DNA of 64,000 bases, taken from a virus. Within the stretch, counting starts at the first letter, position 1. Each line of letters begins with the position of its first letter. The DNA lies in the IMG/VR virus record IMGVR_UViG_3300034683_000333; one strand, written 5' to 3'. The position numbers and the translations under genes are program-made. The notes beneath the pieces are model-generated. The model had not been told where the DNA came from and ran no database searches. It saw only the letters and a list, made by a program, of their open reading frames with translations. This document shows positions 22,128 to 34,604 of this stretch, in pieces.

Positions 22128-23420
22128 ATGGAAACCAAGATGGTTATAAACGGAAATCTTAACATTGTTGGTAAACTAACAACAGGAGAACTCGAACTTT
22201 CACAATTTTTGGATGTTTCTTCTTCCCCGAAGGGGTTGTTAGTCGATCCCATAAACGGGTATCTCATTTATAAAATTGACAATGAAATTATTCATCGATT
22301 CCCAACGGAAGAGAAAATCAGCGAACTGACGGGTGGAGTCACCCCCCAGGTCGTTTCGGAATATGTTACCAAAGAAAAAACACTGAACAATTTGTTGAAT
22401 CGTGCACTCTTTCCCGTTTTTGATTCATCAACGCTTTAGTTGGTGGGATTCAACCTCGATGAAACGGTGGATTATCCCGAAATGTCGTTTGCGTTGGATA
22501 AATTCTCGTTTCTTCATCGGGATGGGGAGGATATGACAAGTTTTTCTTATTGGTTACAGCCCTACAAATCAGTTCAATTTTTTGAAAACCACGATGTTCT
22601 TCCTCGTTTCAGTATGATCCGGTTTGAAGCTCTCACCGATTCCACCGAAGATTCCACCGATCTTATCTAGAACATATTGAATAAATGGTTGGATCATACA
22701 AGTTTTGATATAACAAATATTCTCGATATGTTGGTATTCGATGAAACGACCATTTCACGAATGGATATCAATTGGTTTCCAGTTTTTTGGATTGCCTAGC
22801 CCAATTCGAGGCTTTCTCTCGTGGATTATAAAAACGCAATGGATAAATTCTTTAACGATTTCATTGGATGGAAACTTCATATCTCAACGCCCGTTATGCT
22901 TCCAACATGGGTAAAATACGATACAACAAACGAACAACTTTATGCACACCTACGATTTTTTGATTATTCCTAGTTTTTTATCAATCAAATTGCACAACTT
23001 GTAAAACACGTCATCACCCCCGTTTGGAACGGAGACATAACAACCCAATCACCATTACTAAATTTTGTAAATCAATATAAAATTGATAATTCCATCAGTG
23101 CTGATCTTGATTTGACCCAAGTTGGGATTTCGTTTAATCCAGATTACATATTCGAAGATTGGCTCCATACCCCATTTTTACATATACTTGATACAACAAA
23201 AAATAACATTTTTATCAACGTGTTAAAATAGAATGTTGAATCACTAAATAATACAAGTTATAGTGATATGGACACCGAAATAATCCATAATGTAAAATAT
23301 AATAAAGAAGAATTCATTAAATTTTACATCGATCTGCCAAATTACATCGAGAATGAGTTATTCGTTCCACTGATTGAGTTTCAAATAGAGTTGAGAAACC
23401 ATTTGGATATGCTTATTTAA
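22128..23420 (+). CDS. Putative virion structural protein, 430 aa, 5 in-frame TAG
   Basis: Continuous frame from ATG 22128 to TAA 23418. TACTAATTT motif at 22086-22094. Confidence 0.65.
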
Positions 23421-23454
23421 TGGAAGCTTTGGCGAATAAAATGGAGAGACATAA

Positions 23455-25029
23455 ATGATTTATCTTTCTACTGGATATATCGATAAAGATGAACGCATTG
23501 CATTTCCAACATATATGTTTGATATTGTAAAATATCCTATTTATTTCGATTTATCCAATGCCATGCAATTGATTGATTGCACGGAAGATGTTGGTTGGGT
23601 TGACTACAACTGGAAACAAATTTAGTCGGTGGATATTTTACCAAAAGTAGATGTAATTTACAATCATTTTAAGACATTTTCCAATCCAGACGATTACACA
23701 ATTACACCAGCAATTCAAAATGATTATAATGAACTTTATGATACCTTAATGGATTTTATCTGGGATATTCAAAAAAAGAATGCTCAGTTCATTGGAAGGG
23801 CGGCGGCCATCACTGACGTTCATCGCTTGGTTCCATTGGCCGAAATTGTGATCGTGCGAAAAAACGGATATGTTGCAACGGCATTTTTGAACGAGTTTCT
23901 TCGAAGTACGGATTCGGCCATTGAATTGCTCCAATCTAACTTTCTTTCCAATTTCTACAACTTTTATTCCGATAATACATCAAGATATGCGACTACGTAT
24001 CTGCGATAGACGACCAATGAAAATGAACTTAAAATTTATCCACGTGTTGTCTCACTCGAACTTGATTCCACAAGTTCACCAAGATTTTCCATCATGCTCG
24101 ATTCGACGGTTGTGGATACGTCGTTTGCTTACCGATTACCCTATGCCGAAACCGCCACAATTTGGTTTGTAAACGGAACGTGGCTTTGCCATCTTGACGC
24201 TACCGGAGATTCCACCATCTGGGACGGAACATTTTATACCGTAACCCATGATTACACATTTTCATTAATGGATTTTACATCAGAAGACCATCTTCGTCGG
24301 TTTACCAATGGTTCAAGTTACGTGGATTTTACCGAATTCGGAGTTTCCGAGATTTTATTTAAAATTCAATCACTCAAACCACTCGATCTCATGACACTGG
24401 GAACCGACACACATTTTTCAAATTATGTTTCGTTTAAGTCGTTGTGCGACTTCTTTTCATCATATACCGATACCACATACGCCTCTTATTCCGATCTTTG
24501 TTCCGATTTTACAACCACTTCCCTTATAAAATATGATGGAAAGTACATTCCCTCTCATAATTCCAATATCGACATTCAACAAAACTAGTCACTTCTAAGA
24601 AATTACAAGATTGACATTCCCAGTGGAACAACAGTTGATAAAACGTCGCTCGTTTCAGATGGAACAATATCGATCACGTTTGTTTTTGGTGACTCAACGT
24701 CATACTCAGTTGCATTTTTAAACACATATCGATCTCTTCTCCATATACTTCATGATGGGTCATTTGACAATGAAGTTCTTGTTCTTCGTGTACTCGATTA
24801 TACAAACGTAAGTGCAAATGTACTTAAGATTAATTATAAAATAGTTTAGTTGAATGATTCTTGGAAATTGGGAATTCCAGATACTTATGAATTTCCTATT
24901 GGATCACAAATGATTTGGTATAAACATAGTTTATTTGGAATTTTAAATGTGTTTAATATAAAGGATGCGAAGCTTTCTAAGCGAACCATAAACCTCATGC
25001 AACAGGGGTATGAATTTACGAATGTATAA
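23455..25029 (+). CDS. Putative virion structural protein, 524 aa, 4 in-frame TAG
   Basis: GGAG SD and ATG 23455. Joins track ORFs 23629 and 24094. Ends TAA 25027. Confidence 0.65.
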
Positions 25030-25546
25030 TAAAACTAATGAAATAAATATCGTTTAGTTGAATAATGAGCCACTACAAAATGAATGTTCCGATTGTTTGA
25101 GTGGCAAACTTCACCAACTTGTTGTTTCTGGTTGTCGCTTATTTATGAATCAAAACTTTGTTTATAGAATAACTGATATTTTTGTAAAATCAGAAACCTG
25201 TGTTGAAATACATGCAAAATATATAACTCCAATTCCAAACATTTTACATTACAACAATATAGATGACATTGTTTTCGTTGTTTCCAATACAAATATCAAT
25301 GAGTTTATTTTCTTTGAAAAAAATGAGTGTGTTGTGGATGTTTTTGGTAATATTTATTATGACGGTATATTTATTGAAAATCTATTGATAATGTTCGATA
25401 AGCAAGATATCTATTCTTTTAATCAAAATGTAATCAATTATATATACGACAAGATTCGAAATGAAACCGACAAGGTAATTATGATTTGGTCACCGTGGAA
25501 TTGTCTTGGATTTTTTGAACAAACCAATGAAAAAGGAGAAGTTTAA
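25022..25546 (+). CDS. Hypothetical protein, 1 in-frame TAG
   Basis: ATG 25022 overlaps the end of the previous gene. TAG 25055, TAA 25544. Confidence 0.55.
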
Positions 25547-26643
25547 TGTTTCGATTACAAGTAAATATCGGAACAAATGCCAATCCCCAGTGGATGGATG
25601 TGGAAAATACCGATTCCATCGTTTTCTGTGATGGATACAAAGGAAGTTCCGGTTTTTCTGGAATAAATCGAATTGCTAATGATTTTGTTGAAATTTCTGG
25701 GAACTATGCCAAAAAATCATATCTTCTTCGTGATAATAATGTTTGGGAAATCAACTGGGATTCGGAAAAAATCATGGGAGATGACACGTCCAATCTCAAA
25801 ACCCTATCGTTTCGTTATGTGTATGTGAACGATTCGATTGATTGGATTCGTGTCCCGGAATTCAGAACGATCATACCCAAGACGTTTTACGGTTATACGC
25901 CGATCAATACAAATCTATTGACGTTTTTCTAGACAGATCAATCCGATATTGCTGTGGGATATGAGATTGAATTGGATGGAAATATCGTTGAAGTGACAAA
26001 AGTGGAACCATATGGAGATACTTGGAAAGTTTTTTTCCGTGTTCTTGAGTCAAACTTTATTATTGATAAAAGCAAATATATTTGTAGAAATTACAGTCTT
26101 CATCAAAATGTATCTGGAATCAAGATGAAGGTTTTCTTCCACGATCAATTTGCGACTTCGTTTGTTCCTCCAGATCCAGCCGACGACGTAACCGATCAAA
26201 CGATACGAAAGCATACCAATGAGGGCGTGTGGATGGATGTTGATACGGCACCCATTTGGTTCGAACTGAGTCCCATTGACGATCTCACCAATTGGGCATT
26301 GATTTCCGATGCCACGCTGACACAAAATGTTGAGTATTCATCTACTGTTCTTTATCTCGATACCACCAGGTTTGTTGATTTTAGGCGTGGAGATTGGATT
26401 GTTTTGAGAAATAGTGTGTGGAATGAAGCCATGAGAATTGAAACAATCAACTCAAACAATCACACCCTTACAGTTTATCGTCCATTTACCCACCAAAACT
26501 TTCTTTCCTCGGATAACAGCGTCAAGGTGTTTCTCAATATGCCAGTCTATTTTCAATCGTTTATTTTTACGGATGGAAACAATTCAGGTGGAGTCAATGC
26601 CCCGGTGGTCGTGTATTTTGATCTTAGATAGTTAGGAATTTGA
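25546..26643 (+). CDS. Putative tail/baseplate protein, 365 aa, 2 in-frame TAG
   Basis: Track ORFs 25546 and 25954 are in frame. Ends TGA 26641, just before a terminator. Confidence 0.6.
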
Positions 26644-26653
26644 AAAAAAAAAT

Positions 26654-26673
26654 GGGGGACTACTTTGTCCCCC
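26654..26673. terminator. Bidirectional intrinsic terminator
   Basis: GGGGGAC-TACTTT-GTCCCCC flanked by A and T runs. Confidence 0.75.
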
Positions 26674-26682
26674 TTGTTTTTT

Positions 26683-29430
26683 TTAGATCAGGATGATCAA
26701 CTCACTTTCACCTAATGCGTGTCCAAAATAAAGGTTTTTGTTCCTAATATGTTCCATACCATCGTGATCAAGTAGCATAATAACGTTTTTCACAGGAATA
26801 TCTTTCATTTTGAGTTTATAACCATTTTCTGGATCATCTCCGTGAGCAATTGCAGTTAAATAGGGTTGCCAATTTTTCTTGATACGTACATCCACACCAT
26901 GTTTCTTCCAAACATCCAACGTTTCCTCAATGGGTAAATAATTATCGTCGGCTTTTGAAAAAATACTTGGTATTCCACTATCATAAGTTGTGGAGACAAC
27001 ACCTCCCATTATATACCACTTGCCATGTACGGAAGGACCATGTTTTTGTGGATCGATTAAATAATTTCCACGGTATATATCGTGGCTTATAACTTTTTCT
27101 CCATTTTTGTCTTTTATACCAAAAAATATCTGTGCATCTTGTCTGTTAAGATATTCTTGGGTGGTTTCATATATAGCTTTAAATTCTTTTACCTAAAGTT
27201 CTGGTACATCTTCTTCTCGTAATGAATTTGGGTTCTAATTATAAATTGAATTTCTTACATAGTCGAAATCATCCGATACTGAAATATTAAGGATATTTCG
27301 TGCAGTTCTCCTTATAAGAAGTGAATTGTTTTTATTTGAACTATTGAGCCAATTACCAATAATATTATGTGAAGAGATTCTAAGCATATCTATAATATTG
27401 TCATCGTTATGACCAATGCGCTTGAGTAAATCTGACTATGCTTTTGGCTTTATTGAATTGAAATATAAACGATGAAAATAAGTACGATTTAGGTATGGAT
27501 CAAGTTTTTTGAGATGTTCTGCGAATGTTGATCCATCAAATCCATCGGGTCGATATACCACGTCATGATCGATAAGTGCACCAATCTGTTTTTTAAGTGG
27601 GTCATTTACATAGTATCTAAAAGCATTGTATGTGAATGCATCTTCAAATTCCTTACTATCTACCAAGCCTTTGGCTATGGCGACACTCTAGGCATCAGTG
27701 ATGTTTTCTTCCTTACCATATTTATCCCATAGTTTTGCCGTATGTGGTAAATCTAGGTCTGTAACCATTTGTGACCATTTTTTATGATAATCTTTATCAT
27801 ATATACTTTCAACCCAAGAACTATTCGAATAAAGATAGGATAGCTTTGTTATCATCGATCGTGGATCATCTTTATCCCATAAGCTATCCACGATCTTCAC
27901 AAAATCTTTTACTGGAGTATTTCCAAAAACGTGTTGTCGATCCGATGTGAGACCCCATTTAGACATCGTGTTGGCAACCGCAAGATAAAAGATAGCGGGT
28001 TCTTTGTCTTTAACTTTTTTAGTCCAATCGATTCCAGAAAAAATATCAAAATTTTTTTTCTTTGTGGAGCTAACATATCCAAGAAAATCAAGCGTTGTTT
28101 TCAAGAACTCAGTAAATGATACTGGATAACCAGTTTTAGAAAGCGTCATGTAAGACTGACCTTCTCCAGTTTCAATAAAGTGTTTAATGAAGGATTTAAG
28201 TCTTGTAAATGTGTATTCTTCATTACCCCATTCACCACCCATATATTTTTGATGCCAATTTGGTCCACGTTCCGAAACACCGACAAAATCTCCAATGAGT
28301 TTTTCAAAGTTTTTAGTTTTCGTGAGTTCATTAAAGTCAATTAACTTTTCGACATTCACAACTTCACCTTTGTAAATACCATATTCATTAACTTGTTCTT
28401 TTTTGACATCAACGGTGGTTTTCATCTTGTCAATTGAGGTTTCCAGTTTTGTGACTCCAGGACCGAACAACCGATTAACATTTAGAATGCCAACAATCTC
28501 CCTTGCATGGCGCATGGCAAATGTTTTGATATCCGCCCGATCTTGCATCGAAAGTTTTCCGGTTTTGGCGTACTCTCGAATCCAATTATCAACTTGAAGT
28601 TGTTTGGTTGGAGTAAGCTTGAAAACACCCTTACCAAGGTATTGTTCGTAAAACGGTCTGATGTTGGGATCTCCATGAATTGATCGGTACATGTGAACAA
28701 GCTGAAGGGCATAAATGGAGCTTTTTTCAATAGACGAAATAAGACCATCGGTCGTTAGTGGGCGTCTCTTTTTGCTTGGCTTCCCACGCTTTGGCTTAGC
28801 TTCGGGTACTGGTGTAAGGGATTTCGATTTTGTTGCTTTCGCTTCAACGGGTTTGGAGACCGAAGTGAGATTGAATTCCTTCGCCTTCTTTGCAATCACA
28901 TCCTTTGGAAGCTTGAATTGTCGCCAACGATTGTTACCATTTAAAATATCGGCAAGCTGGTGGGAATACTTAGGCATTTTTGCCTGTACCGCATCGATGG
29001 CCCGTTGAAAACTACGTGGATCGGTTTTTTCCCAATTTCTGAATCCTCCGTAGTTTCTTATTTTACGAATGAAATCGGCAACAAAAATACCATCTGGTTT
29101 ATTAAAACCAACGTTATTTTTGAAAATTGTTCTTCCAAAGTTTTTTTCGGTATCGGTTTGAAACTCCCAAAGAAAAAGAAATGCTTCCATTGCGTAATCT
29201 TTATCGGTTGATATTCTATGCCTTATGTCTTTCCAGTGATATCGATTTATGGGTTGATCCATGAAATAATCCACATTTTCCTTCATTTTCTTGAAACTCT
29301 TCTTATTTGGGTCTACCCAATAGGCATTAAGTTTACGAATAGTTTTGACTTTTCCACCCTTTGTTTTGATTCTAGTAGTAATAAACTTATGAATTTTAAT
29401 TAGCTTACCTTTGTTCTTTAAACGAGGCAT
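26683..29430 (-). CDS. 915-aa multidomain protein with a basic N-terminal hairpin (probable virion-packaged internal protein), 4 in-frame TAG
   Basis: Track ORFs 27688-29430, 27436-27666 and 26683-27009 share one frame. Ends TAA. Paralogue of 29481-30518. AACTAATTT motif at 29474-29482. Confidence 0.7.
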
Positions 29431-29480
29431 TTTAACTATCCTTTTTTATTTGCCTTTTATGTAAAATTAGAAAAAATTAG

Positions 29481-30518
29481 TTAAAAGTAGTTGTTAAATA
29501 ACCACCACGAGTTCTCCTTCGTGGTAACCACCCCAGCCTGGACAATCCTTTGTATTTTTGATTCAAGGTTTGCCTCATGTGGATTGAAAAGCTTATTCAC
29601 GTTAAGAATACCGGCAAGTTCCGTTGCTAAATAACTAGCCGTTCGTTTTACCCATTTCTTTTCTTGATTTGAAAGTTTACCCTCGCTTGTGACGGATTTG
29701 TAAACCATCCATGTGGGAGCATCGATCGTATTCCATGCGTCAACAAGCGTCCTCCTTCCAAGATAGGCACCGTAACGATCGAGTAAATCCTTGTTATTTA
29801 CGATTGTGTCAAGTAGATGAATCATCTGAAGGGCGTATTCTGAACTACGGTTGATTGAATTTTTGATTCCATCAGCCGTAACAAGTTTGATGCGACGACT
29901 TGGTTTTCCCTTTTTTGTCTTAACACCGCCCTTTGCAAATTCCTTAACGGTCTTTGACTTATTGTGTAGTTGTTTCGTTTTCTTGACAAACACGTCTTCG
30001 GGAAGTACAAATTGGCGACGAGAATTATTTCCGTTTAGAATATCTGCAATTTGGCGTGCATATTTAGGCATAACCATTGTAAGTTTTTCACGCCATAGAT
30101 TGAATTCACGGGCATTTTGTTTCTTCTATCCAGCAAGACCCCCCATTCGTCGAATATGTTCAATGGATTGTGATACAAAAGCTCCATCGGGCTTGTTGAA
30201 ACCAACGTTATTTTTGAGTATCGTTTTCCAAAGTTCCTTTTCCATATCCGTTTGAAATTCATACAACATAAGGAAATTTTCAAGTGCATAATCTTTATCG
30301 CTAGACAATTTCTTTCTAATATTTCTGTGATCACATTTTGGTTTATCGACGAGAAAATAATCAACACCTTCCTTGAGTTTTTTGAATGACTCTTTGTTGG
30401 GATCAACATAATATGTGCGAAGAATTGTTACTGGAGTCTTACTTTTACCAACTTTTGTATTCACAAGCTTTTTTATCTTCAGCAACTTGGAATAGTTCTT
30501 TTTTCGACCCATATCCAC
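29481..30518 (-). CDS. Shorter paralogue of the 26683-29430 N-terminal half, 1 in-frame TAG
   Basis: Shares YVDPNK, DKDYA, EFQTD, KNNVGFNKPDG, MPKY and ADILNGN. TAG 30126-30128 aligns with Trp in the paralogue. AACTAATTA motif at 30538-30546. Confidence 0.75.
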
Positions 30519-30577
30519 ATTCCTATTTAGTTTTTGTTAATTAGTTGGTTTATTTATGAAGCCTATAAAAAGCGAAA

Positions 30578-30602
30578 GCCCGCCATGAATTGGGTGGCGG
30601 GC
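30578..30602 (-). terminator. Intrinsic terminator after the UDG gene
   Basis: GCCCGCCA...TGGCGGGC hairpin followed by T-rich sequence on the minus strand. Confidence 0.6.
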
Positions 30603-30627
30603 ATCGAATTGGAAATGTATTTTTTTT

Positions 30628-31224
30628 TTATTCTAAAAGTGATTTAATCTTGCGTATCGCCTCAACGAAAATTTCACGATTATTGGGATTGTAAAAACAA
30701 GACGATGGATGAATACAATGAAGAACTTTGAAGGAATTTCCACCGAGAATTTCCATTTTCTCAATTTTGCCACAATCAGCGGTCACGCCGCTCATTTTTC
30801 CCCAAAAGAGTTGCCTCGGATAGGCCCCCAAAAGAAGAATGCTGTCAATGCCGAACTCACGTTTGATAGCATCGAGAAGGTTGGTACGCTTAAGAAAACA
30901 ACTCGCCATGGCATCGGGTGTGGGTTTTCCGATCCGCTTTCCGTTTTCGGGTGTAGGCATACAAAAGACGGTGTTTAAAATGATGAGATCATCCCTGGTC
31001 ATTCCAGCTTCCGACTGGAGAGTATCGGTTAGAAGCTTTCCGCTTCGTCCCACAAAAAACGTCCCCTCGGAAATCTCATCAACGTGGGGTGCTTCACCAA
31101 CGACAATAAGTTTTGGGTGTTTTCCAAACCAGGGATACGCCTTTCCATTCTTGTAAAAATCACAAAGCGTACAATCACGAACTTTTTCATGCACTCGTTT
31201 GATGAAATCGATGGGTCGCTTCAT
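30628..31224 (-). CDS. Family 4 uracil-DNA glycosylase (4Fe-4S)
   Basis: CTLC, VGEAPH, FVGRSGKLL, TVFCMP and IHPS motifs. AGGAG SD favours ATG 31224. Confidence 0.85.
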   Translation of the reverse strand: MKRPIDFIKRVHEKVRDCTLCDFYKNGKAYPWFGKHPKLIVVGEAPHVDEISEGTFFVGRSGKLLTDTLQSEAGMTRDDLIILNTVFCMPTPENGKRIGKPTPDAMASCFLKRTNLLDAIKREFGIDSILLLGAYPRQLFWGKMSGVTADCGKIEKMEILGGNSFKVLHCIHPSSCFYNPNNREIFVEAIRKIKSLLE

Positions 31225-31255
31225 TTTCTTTACTCCTCTCATAATGGGTAAAAAA

Positions 31256-32929
31256 TTATGATTTTTGCAATCTATAATTGTGCCACTCTAAGATGTTCTT
31301 CGTTTCATTATATACATCTTTGAAACGTTTTGCAATAAGATAATTTTCCTTGAACATGTCGATTGAAGTAGCTCCATAGTGAAGGCTCTGTATCTTTTCA
31401 AAAACTCCAAGTCGTTTTAATATATTGTCATACGATTCTGTTTCAGGTAAAATATCTTCGATAACTTTTTCAAGTTTTTTAGTGAACTGTATACTTTTTT
31501 CAACGTCGTAATTCTGGACGATAGCCAAATGTTCACCATCTAATTCTTCAAATTGTTTTTCACGTTTCAGGAGATGATCATACACACCGTCCTGAATATC
31601 ATACTCTTTTATCGGTCTATCTTTATTTGCTATTGGCATATTTTTCCAGAACGTTTTATAAATATCTAAATCATTCATTCCGTACCATTCTCCATATTCC
31701 CAATTGACAAATTCATTTTCCAATAAAGTCACGCTTTTTCTGCTTGTTTTTTCATATCCGTTTTTTGTTTTTTCTGCCGTGTACCACACAAAATCATCAT
31801 AACTGTTGGCCCAAATGTGACTTAGGATATTTGAGTTATTAGTATTTACCGTATCTGAAATGCTTTGGCAACTTTCAAATCTTCCCTTTGGACTCATTGA
31901 TAGAAAATCCAATGGGTTGTTGCTAATATAAGAATATCGTAGACTGCTGATTTTTTGACCTATTGTGGATTGAAAAATACTTAAAAGATTTTTTTGAAGT
32001 TTATCGATCATATCGGTATTCCTAAATTCACTAACATCGTGTCCCGTTGCTAGAAAAGCATCACGCCATGGAATAAAGCGATTGATTTTCATTTCTTTGA
32101 TGTTTTTTCGTAAATCGTCGGTAAGAAGTCCTTTTTCACCGAGAAACCGAATAAAATCTTTCCGATATTTTTCGGGATCGCTTCCAGGCTTTACCTGAAA
32201 TCGTTCCATGGCCTTCGGATTGTTCAAATCCACAAGGGGTTTTATTCCTTCGCTTCGTGTCGTTAGAACGTGTTCGACGGCCAATTTGGGAACAATATCA
32301 TAGAGAATCGTTCCCTTTTGAATCCCCCCCGTTTTCATGATTTCCTTAATCGCCCCCGTAACAAGATTTCGTAATAAATTTGGATTGTTCGTCTGCTATC
32401 CAGCCGTAGCACCCAAAAATTCCCAGCCCATTTCCGATGACAGCGAAGAAATCATTTCATCGGGAAACTCGTGTTCGAGTCGCAAAACAAATGGACTCAA
32501 CCGTTCTGTATTTTTGACTTTGTACATCTTTTTGAATTCTTCGGTTTGAAAAAGTTGCTCCACCTTATCAAGGCGTTTCTTTCTACCTTCACCATCGACG
32601 AGTGAATGTAAAGCAGATTTTCCATTGAGTTTCTTTGGAATAAGTTCCATCATGTTCTTATAAATTTCGTGTGAAACACTATCATTTTCGCCCATCAAAT
32701 CAAATTCATGAAATGTGTGAAATCCGCCCGAATAGGCTTCAAGCGTATCCATCCAATCGTTGTATTGTAGTGGATAATCTTTTCCTTTTGATTGGAGTTT
32801 TTTAATTCTTTTTTGAAATTCATCGAGAGTTTGTTCTTTCACGTCCATTTTCCGTGAGTGCGATCGTACAGTTTCCACGTGACCTTGTTTGTGTCGAACG
32901 TGACCTTTAATATTCACGAGTTTTTTCAT
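31256..32929 (-). CDS. 557-aa protein with a basic N-terminal hairpin, 1 in-frame TAG
   Basis: Track ORFs are in frame across TAG 32396 (GATAG*QT). N-terminus LVNIKGHVRHKQGHVETVRSHSRK and internal SNNPLDFLSMS...ESCQS motif. AACTAATTA at 32964-32972. Confidence 0.65.
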
Positions 32930-32983
32930 TTATTGGACTCCAGACAAGTTATTCGATATCTAATAATTAGTTTTAAATAAAAA

Positions 32984-33006
32984 AACACGCCAACTAGTGG
33001 CGTGTT
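32984..33006 (-). terminator. Intrinsic terminator
   Basis: AACACGCCA-ACTAG-TGGCGTGTT with a T run on the minus strand. Confidence 0.7.
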
Positions 33007-33043
33007 AGGTGAAATTTTATTGATGATCAATTATTTTAACTTG

Positions 33044-33415
33044 TTATGAGACACGATAGATGTAAAAATCGTCGTCCTCTCCTTCGACAAAATTTTCAAC
33101 GCCATCATAAGTTGCAAGAATCCTACCCCGATCTTCATAATTTGCCAAGTCTTCCTTGTAGGAATCAACATCAAAGTACGAAAGAAGAAAATTGGGAATA
33201 TGCCGATCGATCATTTCTTCAACGTAAAGATCAATCTCACGATAAAAAGCTTCGTCTGCTTCTTCATCGGTCAGTACAAGATAATCACAACCATCATGTC
33301 TGAAGGCTGGACCATAAACATGATCAATTTCGGTGAGATCTTCAACATTAACGCCAAGAAATGTTGCAAGTGCCCGAGCTTCTTCCATGTTTTCAATGTT
33401 GTTCGTGTTTTCCAT
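33044..33415 (-). CDS. Very acidic small protein (DNA-mimic/ArdA-like candidate)
   Basis: 123 aa, D/E-rich, YLVLTDEEADE and RGRILATYDGVE motifs. AGGAGG SD and its own sigma70 promoter. Confidence 0.45.
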   Translation of the reverse strand: MENTNNIENMEEARALATFLGVNVEDLTEIDHVYGPAFRHDGCDYLVLTDEEADEAFYREIDLYVEEMIDRHIPNFLLSYFDVDSYKEDLANYEDRGRILATYDGVENFVEGEDDDFYIYRVS

Positions 33416-33468
33416 TTTTACATCCTCCTAATGAAAGAGTTTAAAAAGCAACGATCATTATTAAAGCT

Positions 33469-33497
33469 ACTATACAATATTCTTTTATGTTTGTCAA
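33469..33497 (-). promoter_or_regulatory. sigma70-like early promoter
   Basis: TTGACA-N17-TATAGT on the minus strand. Confidence 0.75.
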
Positions 33498-33516
33498 TGA
33501 AAAAACAATAAAGGCA

Positions 33517-34065
33517 TTACTTCGTTGATAACTTAACCTTTTTTTCAATTGTTTTCCATCGTGATTTAAAAGCTTCTTCTGCTGAATGTGCCTTGGTTTC
33601 TCTAATTAACCTTAGACGACTTTGTTGATAATCTTCAAGTGAACCATCAGATAATATATGAATTACCTGCTCACCGTAGGTATTTAATATCGGAGAAATC
33701 AGAAGACCCCTATGACACACCAGTGGATCACCCTCGGAACACATAATGACAACCATGTCACCACTAAATGACAATAAATTTTTTATGTTTTTAAGAAACA
33801 GTGGTTCTTTTATATATAGTTCATAGGAAATATGCCCATTGGGGTAAAGATGAGGCAATTGTGGGCGGCCACCCAATTCTGGAATATGTTTATAAAATAT
33901 TCCATATTCTTGTAAAGTTGAAGCCAACGAACGTTGATTAAAATGGGGTACCCAACGACTATACGGAGCGGATCGAACATCAAATACAGATCGAATATTA
34001 TGATATTTCAATAACTCAATAAACTTATCCAACGTATGATTTGAATGTCCGATTGTAAAAAGCAT
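33517..34065 (-). CDS. DUF488-family protein
   Basis: LFTIGHSNH, DVRSAPYSR, ELGGR, MCSEGDPLVCHR and HIL motifs. Confidence 0.85.
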   Translation of the reverse strand: MLFTIGHSNHTLDKFIELLKYHNIRSVFDVRSAPYSRWVPHFNQRSLASTLQEYGIFYKHIPELGGRPQLPHLYPNGHISYELYIKEPLFLKNIKNLLSFSGDMVVIMCSEGDPLVCHRGLLISPILNTYGEQVIHILSDGSLEDYQQSRLRLIRETKAHSAEEAFKSRWKTIEKKVKLSTK

Positions 34066-34076
34066 AGCAATCCTTT

Positions 34077-34594
34077 TTATTTCGATAAAACCAAATATCG
34101 ATCATCAAGGTATTTATCGAGCAATTTTTTAACATCCGAAAAATCAAGCTCACCAGCCCCGCATCCAGGCCGAGGCATGGCAATCAATGGGAAAATTGAC
34201 TTGTTTACGAGATTGACAAGCTCCCGCAAACTACGTTCAATAATCTCAATATCCGCTTTAGCCGCCCATCCCGGAACCCTATCACCCGGTTTAAATCGAT
34301 TCATCATGTGCGTGACCACATTGTTTCCATTGAAAATTACAAAATCGGGTTTTACGGGAAATGAAAAAATGGCCTTTCCGTCTTTTTTCGATTTTCCCAA
34401 AAGAAGACGTGATTTCCATGTTCAAGGATTCGTTTTCCCAAAACCGCATCAATTCCGGGATAGCGGTCACGGGCTTCCTTGGCACACCCACGGCCCATGA
34501 CGGCTCTCCCAGTCTTTTTCGATACATATCCGTTTGTTGTGATGACTACAACATCGTAATTCCACAAATCATCGTTTTTGTAAATGGGTGGCAT
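34077..34594 (-). CDS. Macro-domain (ADP-ribose binding/hydrolase)-like protein split by a -1 frameshift
   Basis: N-half has TTNG...AVMGRGCA...GNHV; C-half has SFPVK...MPRPGCGAGEL...LDDR. The frames join at A-AAA-AAG (34388-34382). Confidence 0.7.
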
Positions 34595-34604
34595 CTAAAA
34601 GTCC

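Noticed and set aside
23420-23458. 12-codon ORF coupled to the stop of 22128-23420
   Set aside because: Too short to support. It overlaps the SD of the next gene.
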